DNA of 64,000 bases. It comes from Parcubacteria group bacterium. GTDB lineage: Bacteria; Patescibacteriota; Minisyncoccia; Moranbacterales; GCA-2747515. Positions 59,347-64,000 of the stretch are shown here, piece by piece. The translations under genes and the position numbers were made by a program. The stretch spans positions 240,768 to 304,767 of the forward strand of contig JBAZXC010000002.1 of assembly GCA_041660065.1 (NCBI GenBank), in the 5' to 3' direction. Position 1 is the first letter of the stretch. Each line of letters starts with the position of its first letter. A model generated the notes under the pieces. That model was not told where the DNA came from. It did no database searches and saw only the letters and a program-made list of their open reading frames with translations.

Positions 59347-59960
59347 ATTGTTCCACGTGGAACAATATATCTGTTTTTTTATAAATCATTACAAATGATT
59401 TATAGTACGATGTCTTTTATACAGATTCTGTAAAATAACAAATTTTTCTATCATAAATACAAAGTTATCTCATTTTTATTTTGTTCCACGTGGAACAAAA
59501 TGTATTGCATACGACTTTTTTGCAAAAAATTCAATAAGGTTGCCAAGTTGCAATTGTTCCACGTGGAACAATTGCAAAAATTTTCACATATATTATAACA
59601 AAATACACTAAAAAATATCATGATCTGCACATTTTGTTCCACGTGGAACAAAATATTTTCATGATAGATCTATATACAAAAATATTTTTCCGGTATCAAA
59701 GAGGGAAATAGCCCGACGTTTGATTATAAAAAATACTGAATGTTCCACGTGGAACAAAAAATTATACAGACTTTATAAATAAATAGGCATATTTACTATA
59801 TAAATCGATTTCAATATCTTACCAAAGAAAAATTATATGAAAATTGGTTCTAAAAATTGTTCCACGTGGAACAATTGCGGTAAATCTGTACAAACATTTT
59901 ATATTACGCCAGCATTATGTTTACAATATATAAAAAATTATATTGTTCCACGTGGAACAA
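59347..59960. repeat. Array of seven 18-20-bp perfect palindromes TTGTTCCACGTGGAACAA (parS-like, TGTTCCAC half-sites), spaced 71-131 bp, in an AT-rich ORF-free region upstream of nrdD
   Basis: Copies centred near 59356, 59489, 59563, 59642, 59749, 59866 and 59952. Several extend to 22-30-bp palindromes (e.g. TTGCAATTGTTCCACGTGGAACAATTGCAA). The B. subtilis parS is TGTTCCACGTGAAACA. Confidence 0.75.
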
Positions 59961-60121
59961 AACGGAATTGAAAAGGGAAGTTTGTGGTCTATACTGAAAT
60001 TAATGTATTGACATTATCCTATTTTATGTTGTTATGCTATTTTATATTGATTATCCTCTATTTATATGGTACATTATGAACACTTTTCTATCTATGCATT
60101 ACCATATCAATGCAAAAAATT

Positions 60122-60193
60122 GCCTCTGTAGTTTAGTGGATAAAACAAGTCACTCCTAAGGACTAGAGAAAGGTTCGACTCCTTTCAGAGGCA
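60122..60193 (+). tRNA. tRNA-Arg (CCT)
   Basis: GCCTCTG..GTTTAGTGGATAAAAC..AGTCA-CTCCTAA-GGACT..TTCGACT..CAGAGGC-A. Confidence 0.7.
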
Positions 60194-60251
60194 CACTCAT
60201 TTCAATTGATTCTAAAAATTTTATTTCTTATTATTAAGAACATCATATCAT

Positions 60252-60581
60252 ATGCGCGCTCGTACAAAAAAAATTAATTCCCTCATACAGCAACAAATGG
60301 CTGAGTTGCTTGTAAAAAATGTTGATTTTAAGCCAAATGCCTTTGTAACGATCTCGAAGGTTGACACCACGGATGATCTGCGCTACACTCGGATATTCGT
60401 GCGTGTATATCCGACCGCGGAAATCAACTATGGTCTAAAAACACTTGAGCACGAAAAGAAAACTTTGCAAAAATTGTTGCATCAAAAGTTGCACATCAAA
60501 ATTCTTCCTCGCATCTCATTTATACATGATAAAACAGGTGAAGATGCTGATGAGATTGAGCGTCTTTTGCAGCAAGCATAG
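60252..60581 (+). CDS. rbfA: Ribosome-binding factor A
   Basis: RTKKINSLIQQQMAELL...DLRYTRIFVRVYP...ILPRISFIHD. Confidence 0.85.
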   Translation: MRARTKKINSLIQQQMAELLVKNVDFKPNAFVTISKVDTTDDLRYTRIFVRVYPTAEINYGLKTLEHEKKTLQKLLHQKLHIKILPRISFIHDKTGEDADEIERLLQQA

Positions 60582-60602
60582 CAAAAATCAATTTCATTTT
60601 AT

Positions 60603-61586
60603 GTGCATATGGAGATTAAACCACTGTTTCACAAAGAATTTAATACTCTGGACTATATTTTGCACAGAGCACACTCTGTTGTTTTGGTAGCGCATAATAA
60701 TCCAGATTTGGATGCAGCGGGAAGCACCGTTGCATTGGCAGACGTCATACGCAAACATTACAAAAAAAATGTTGTTATTGCGTGTTATAATACTTTTCCT
60801 GACTCTCTCAAAGAAGTTATGGAAGGTATTGTTTTTGTGCATCCTGAAAAACTAGATCTTGCCTCCTTTGATGTAGCAATTGGTTGTGACAGCGTAGAAC
60901 GAGGATTTGATCGTCTCATGGAACATCTTTCCCCTGCGTGTGTCAGCGTAACCATCGATCATCATCATGACATTGCCCTCAAGACCGACCTACGCATTAT
61001 CGATGGAAAATATGCGGCAACATGCGAGATATTATATAATTTTTTCGTACATATAAAATGCGATTTCAATAAAAATATCGCCACGGCACTCCTTGCCGGG
61101 ATTATCGGAGACACCGGTGCATTTCAACATGCCAACACAACTGCAGAAATATTACAAATTTCCGCAGATCTTATCAAAAGAGGTGCATCAATAACAAAAA
61201 TTATCTCCACATTGTTCGCAAACCGAAAAATTGAGACATTGAATTTGTGGGGAAAAGCATTGGAAAAAACAAAATTTTACGAAAAAACAGGACTCGCCGT
61301 CACAGCAATTACTGAAGATAACATTGCCGGACACGCCGTAAATGGTGTGGAAATTTCCAATATTGCATCCATGCTCACGACAGTGCCGACAGTAAAGATC
61401 GCACTCATCGTTTATCAGGCAGACAAAAATACCGTCAAGGGAAGTTTGCGCGCAGAGAAACATGCCAATATAGATGTATCAGAGATCGCACATCGCATTG
61501 GCGGTGGCGGACATCCTTTGGCGAGCGGTTTTTCATTGCATGGTCATTTGGAAACCACTTCGGATGGTGGCTGGCACGTTGTATAA
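60603..61586 (+). CDS. nrnA: DHH-family phosphoesterase (NrnA-like bifunctional oligoribonuclease/pAp phosphatase)
   Basis: VVLVAHNNPDLDAAGS. TIDHHHD (DHH motif). DHHA1-like C-terminus GGGGH. Confidence 0.85.
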   Translation: MHMEIKPLFHKEFNTLDYILHRAHSVVLVAHNNPDLDAAGSTVALADVIRKHYKKNVVIACYNTFPDSLKEVMEGIVFVHPEKLDLASFDVAIGCDSVERGFDRLMEHLSPACVSVTIDHHHDIALKTDLRIIDGKYAATCEILYNFFVHIKCDFNKNIATALLAGIIGDTGAFQHANTTAEILQISADLIKRGASITKIISTLFANRKIETLNLWGKALEKTKFYEKTGLAVTAITEDNIAGHAVNGVEISNIASMLTTVPTVKIALIVYQADKNTVKGSLRAEKHANIDVSEIAHRIGGGGHPLASGFSLHGHLETTSDGGWHVV

Positions 61587-61595
61587 TAGTGGTAT

Positions 61596-62186
61596 ATGAA
61601 TATCAAAAATCAAAAATTACAAAAACTTAACGAAACTATGCATGTACTATGTGCTTGCACGCTCAAAGCAACGGCAACACACGTTGTACCGGGCAAGGGA
61701 AGTGCGGATGCAAAAATCATGTTTATCGGTGAGGCTCCTGGCGCAAAAGAGGATGCCCTGGGAGAACCATTTGTCGGTGCGGCAGGGAAATTTTTGAGCG
61801 AATTATTGGCAACAATTGATCTTAAAAGGGAAGATATTTATATTACAAATGTCGTGAAATATCGTCCGCCGGAAAATCGCGACCCTTTGCCAGAAGAGGT
61901 TGCTGATTGCTGGTTGTGGCTACAAGAGCAAGTAAAGCTGATCGACCCGCTGCTCATTGTACCACTTGGTCGCCACGCACTTGAACGCTTCGTGCCCGGA
62001 AGACGTATTTCTCTGGATCATGGCAAAGCATTTCGCCGTACGATTGATGGACTCGGCGAACGAGTATATTATGCGCTTTATCACCCTGCGGCAGCACTCT
62101 ATAATGGGGGATTGCGTCAAACACTTTTTGATGATTTTATAAACATTCCAAAGATCATTAGCAAGATCGAGAAAGGTAAGAGATAA
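61596..62186 (+). CDS. Uracil-DNA glycosylase, family 4
   Basis: [38 protein letters not shown]...HPAAAL. Confidence 0.85.
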   Translation: MNIKNQKLQKLNETMHVLCACTLKATATHVVPGKGSADAKIMFIGEAPGAKEDALGEPFVGAAGKFLSELLATIDLKREDIYITNVVKYRPPENRDPLPEEVADCWLWLQEQVKLIDPLLIVPLGRHALERFVPGRRISLDHGKAFRRTIDGLGERVYYALYHPAAALYNGGLRQTLFDDFINIPKIISKIEKGKR

Positions 62187-62261
62187 AATGCTGCACAAAA
62201 ATCAATCTTTTTGCGTTGACGGTAACGATAAATTTTGATATTCTTACATTTGTAAACGGTT

Positions 62262-62282
62262 ATGTGGCCGAGTGGTTATCTA
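62262..62282 (+). pseudogene. Truncated duplicate of the tRNA-Cys 5' portion (ATGTGGCCGAGTGGTTA), about 75 bp upstream of intact tRNA-Cys
   Basis: GTGGCCGAGTGGTTA is identical to 62344..62358. No T-arm or acceptor 3' strand follows. Confidence 0.5.
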
Positions 62283-62337
62283 CCTGCGGTGCATATGGGT
62301 ACTAAAGTTTATTGCATTTTGTGTTTTTGTTTATTTT

Positions 62338-62408
62338 GGTCGTGTGGCCGAGTGGTTAGGCAAGGGTCTGCAAAACCCTGTACCCCGGTTCAAATCCGGG
62401 CGCGACCT
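62338..62408 (+). tRNA. tRNA-Cys (GCA)
   Basis: GGTCGTG..3-bp D-stem..AGGGT-CTGCAAA-ACCCT..TTCAAAT..CGCGACC-U (U73 discriminator). Confidence 0.8.
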
Positions 62409-62431
62409 CATTATTAAAGAAAAATTTTCAT

Positions 62432-62516
62432 GCCCAGGTGGTGGAATTGGTAGACACGAGGGACTTAAAATCCCTTGGATGAATAATTCGTGCGAGTTCA
62501 AGTCTCGCCCTGGGCA
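62432..62516 (+). tRNA. tRNA-Leu (TAA), type II
   Basis: GCCCAGG..AGGGA-CTTAAAA-TCCCT..long variable arm..TTCAAGT..CCTGGGC-A. Confidence 0.8.
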
Positions 62517-62588
62517 CAAAGTGCCAAAAGGTTTTCAAAATCGTAAAAAGAGGTAAAATATGCATAGGTTCTTTTATATTTTTATGTC

Positions 62589-62801
62589 ATGATCCACCTA
62601 TTACATCATGGAGGTGCGTGTATGGTTTTTGACAAAATATTGTTGTGGACAATGCTCGTTTTTTTTGTGATAAGCTTGTTTCCGATGATTTATAAATATA
62701 TCATCAAGCCTTTTGTTGAATTTTTCAGGTGGCGCAATGAACGTGAAAGGTTGCACGCCATGCGAACAAAAATCTCCACCTACCCGCAAGGAGGGGACTG
62801 A
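62589..62801 (+). CDS. Small membrane protein, hypothetical
   Basis: 70 aa. One TM (ILLWTMLVFFVISLFPMIY). Confidence 0.3.
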   Translation: MIHLLHHGGACMVFDKILLWTMLVFFVISLFPMIYKYIIKPFVEFFRWRNERERLHAMRTKISTYPQGGD

Positions 62802-62942
62802 TCATGATAACAAAAACCATGACACATGCACAACATCTTGTACAAATAATCGTTTTTGTAGTTTTGTCTCTTATGGTACTTGCCGTTTGTGTCAGTATCT
62901 ACCCACGGAGAAGAAAAAAGTGAAAGAAGAAATAATAGAAAA

Positions 62943-62982
62943 CGCCTGTTGCAGTAATTGCAACAGGCGCCTTCTTTTTATT
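62943..62982. terminator. Bidirectional rho-independent terminator
   Basis: GCCTGTTGCA-gtaa-TTGCAACAGGC followed by GCCTTCTTTTTATTT. Confidence 0.75.
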
Positions 62983-62993
62983 TATCGTTTTGT

Positions 62994-63521
62994 TTATATT
63001 ACAACATATGCTTCAAATTGTTGTCGTCCGAAAGCAAACGCCTCACTTTTTGTTTCCATATAGATATCAAATCGATTGTTTTTGATCGCACCACCTCGGT
63101 CCTCACAAATATAGGTACCCATACCTTCAATATGAATTTTAGTACCAAATTTATATTCTTTTGGACACGCGAGCGTACGATTTTCTTTTACTTTGTTTCC
63201 AGAAGCGGTGATCCCATCACTTTTTCCACACTCATCTGCTGCAGCCGTATAGGCTGAAGCATTGATCGTGAATTTTTGTGGTTCCGGTTCTTTGTAGGCT
63301 GCTTTTTGGTAGTTACCACCTGCTATGCCACATGCAAGACCACCATTATTTGTATCAAGATATGTTTTTTGTGTTTTTTCGTCTTTTGTTTCATTTATGT
63401 TCTCCTGTGCTTGTGCAACCGGTGTTGCCAGCACCATCAATACTCCTATAAATAAAAGATATCTCATTAAAGAGATCAAATGTTTAGCATGTCTATGATA
63501 CTTCACCGAAGCTTTTCTCAT
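62994..63521 (-). CDS. Secreted 3D-domain protein (MltA-like lytic transglycosylase fold)
   Basis: Signal peptide. ITASGNKVKENRTLACPKEYKFGTKIHIEGMGTYICEDRGGAIKNNRFDIYM (3D-domain pattern). Confidence 0.75.
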   Translation of the reverse strand: MRKASVKYHRHAKHLISLMRYLLFIGVLMVLATPVAQAQENINETKDEKTQKTYLDTNNGGLACGIAGGNYQKAAYKEPEPQKFTINASAYTAAADECGKSDGITASGNKVKENRTLACPKEYKFGTKIHIEGMGTYICEDRGGAIKNNRFDIYMETKSEAFAFGRQQFEAYVVI

Positions 63522-63603
63522 AGGAACATGGTCAACAAAAAATAGCCGGTATTTTATGTCAACCGAATATTATATCACAATAATCAAGTTTTGTCAATAT
63601 CCA

Positions 63604-63912
63604 CTAAGCGGATTTTTGAATTACGGCTTTAAGGTCTTTTTTGCAATTATCGATTTCCTCATCGATGATCTGATCAGCGTTGTCCACAAAATGATCGATA
63701 AAAAGAAGGATTTTATCAGGGTTATCCTTATTGGCATTGATTTTATCGATAAAAACCTGCTTTTTTTCCTCCGGTGTATTGTTAATGAGACGTAACACGA
63801 TCCTATTGGTAAGCAATGCATTGATCTCATCCAATAGAAAGAGCTTCTTGGTTTCTGTGATTTCGCCAAGATTAAGATCCTCAAGAATTGTGGTTGGTGT
63901 TTTTGTTTTCAT
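63604..63912 (-). CDS. Hypothetical protein
   Basis: 102-aa ORF. No motif. Confidence 0.35.
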   Translation of the reverse strand: MKTKTPTTILEDLNLGEITETKKLFLLDEINALLTNRIVLRLINNTPEEKKQVFIDKINANKDNPDKILLFIDHFVDNADQIIDEEIDNCKKDLKAVIQKSA

Positions 63913-64000
63913 ATATTTCCTAATTTTTCTTGTTCTGCTTCAATTTCTTTGGAGGTAAGTATGTTTGATGAGTTGGATAAATCAAATGATCGAGGAGTAG

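Noticed and set aside
59347-59960. CRISPR array interpretation of the seven palindrome copies
   Set aside because: Repeats are perfect palindromes of only 18-20 bp. Spacing is irregular (71-131 bp) and AT-rich, with no sign of spacer-like unique sequence. No cas genes or leader architecture are present, so parS-like or operator sites are the better reading.
62713-63063. 116-aa Cys-rich plus-strand ORF
   Set aside because: It spans a strong bidirectional terminator hairpin (62943..62982) and overlaps the convergent 3D-domain gene. The composition looks like an out-of-frame artefact.

Overview
This 64-kb window reads as a low-GC bacterial chromosome segment with a small, streamlined gene set. 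The gene content suggests a candidate-phyla-radiation (Patescibacteria-like) organism, which is my inference and not something the sequence proves. Housekeeping genes dominate: gyrA, rluD, rplS, pnp, rpsO, rpsA, cmk, tilS, ftsH, lspA, ldh, rbfA, nrnA, a family-4 UDG, coaB-coaC, and nrdD-nrdG. There are ten tRNA genes in three clusters; tRNA-Phe(GAA) is interrupted by a 236-nt group I intron. The window begins inside a giant (>1360 aa) membrane-anchored DUF2341/LamG surface protein gene on the minus strand. An AT-rich block at 18.4-24.6 kb (proA-proB-proC, a Gfo/Idh/MocA oxidoreductase, a sugar nucleotidyltransferase and a NUDIX hydrolase) looks acquired: it is bracketed by a duplicated ~70-bp promoter-like repeat and a duplicated ~90-bp terminator module, and one gene sits between 22-bp perfect inverted repeats. 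The region 47.9-53.3 kb holds small Cys-rich/zinc-ribbon ORFs embedded in several families of hairpin repeats whose copies show compensatory base changes. Directly after it, a near-consensus sigma-70 promoter drives about 430 nt of ORF-free sequence ending in a strong terminator, a candidate non-coding RNA. Upstream of nrdD there are seven copies of an 18-20-bp perfect palindrome (TTGTTCCACGTGGAACAA) that resembles parS. A DnaA-box cluster lies in a 1-kb convergent intergenic spacer near 33.3 kb. The NrdD glycyl-radical motif is encoded in a separate 62-aa ORF downstream of the main nrdD ORF. All assignments rest on motifs I read by eye from the sequence and the ORF track; no database search was run.
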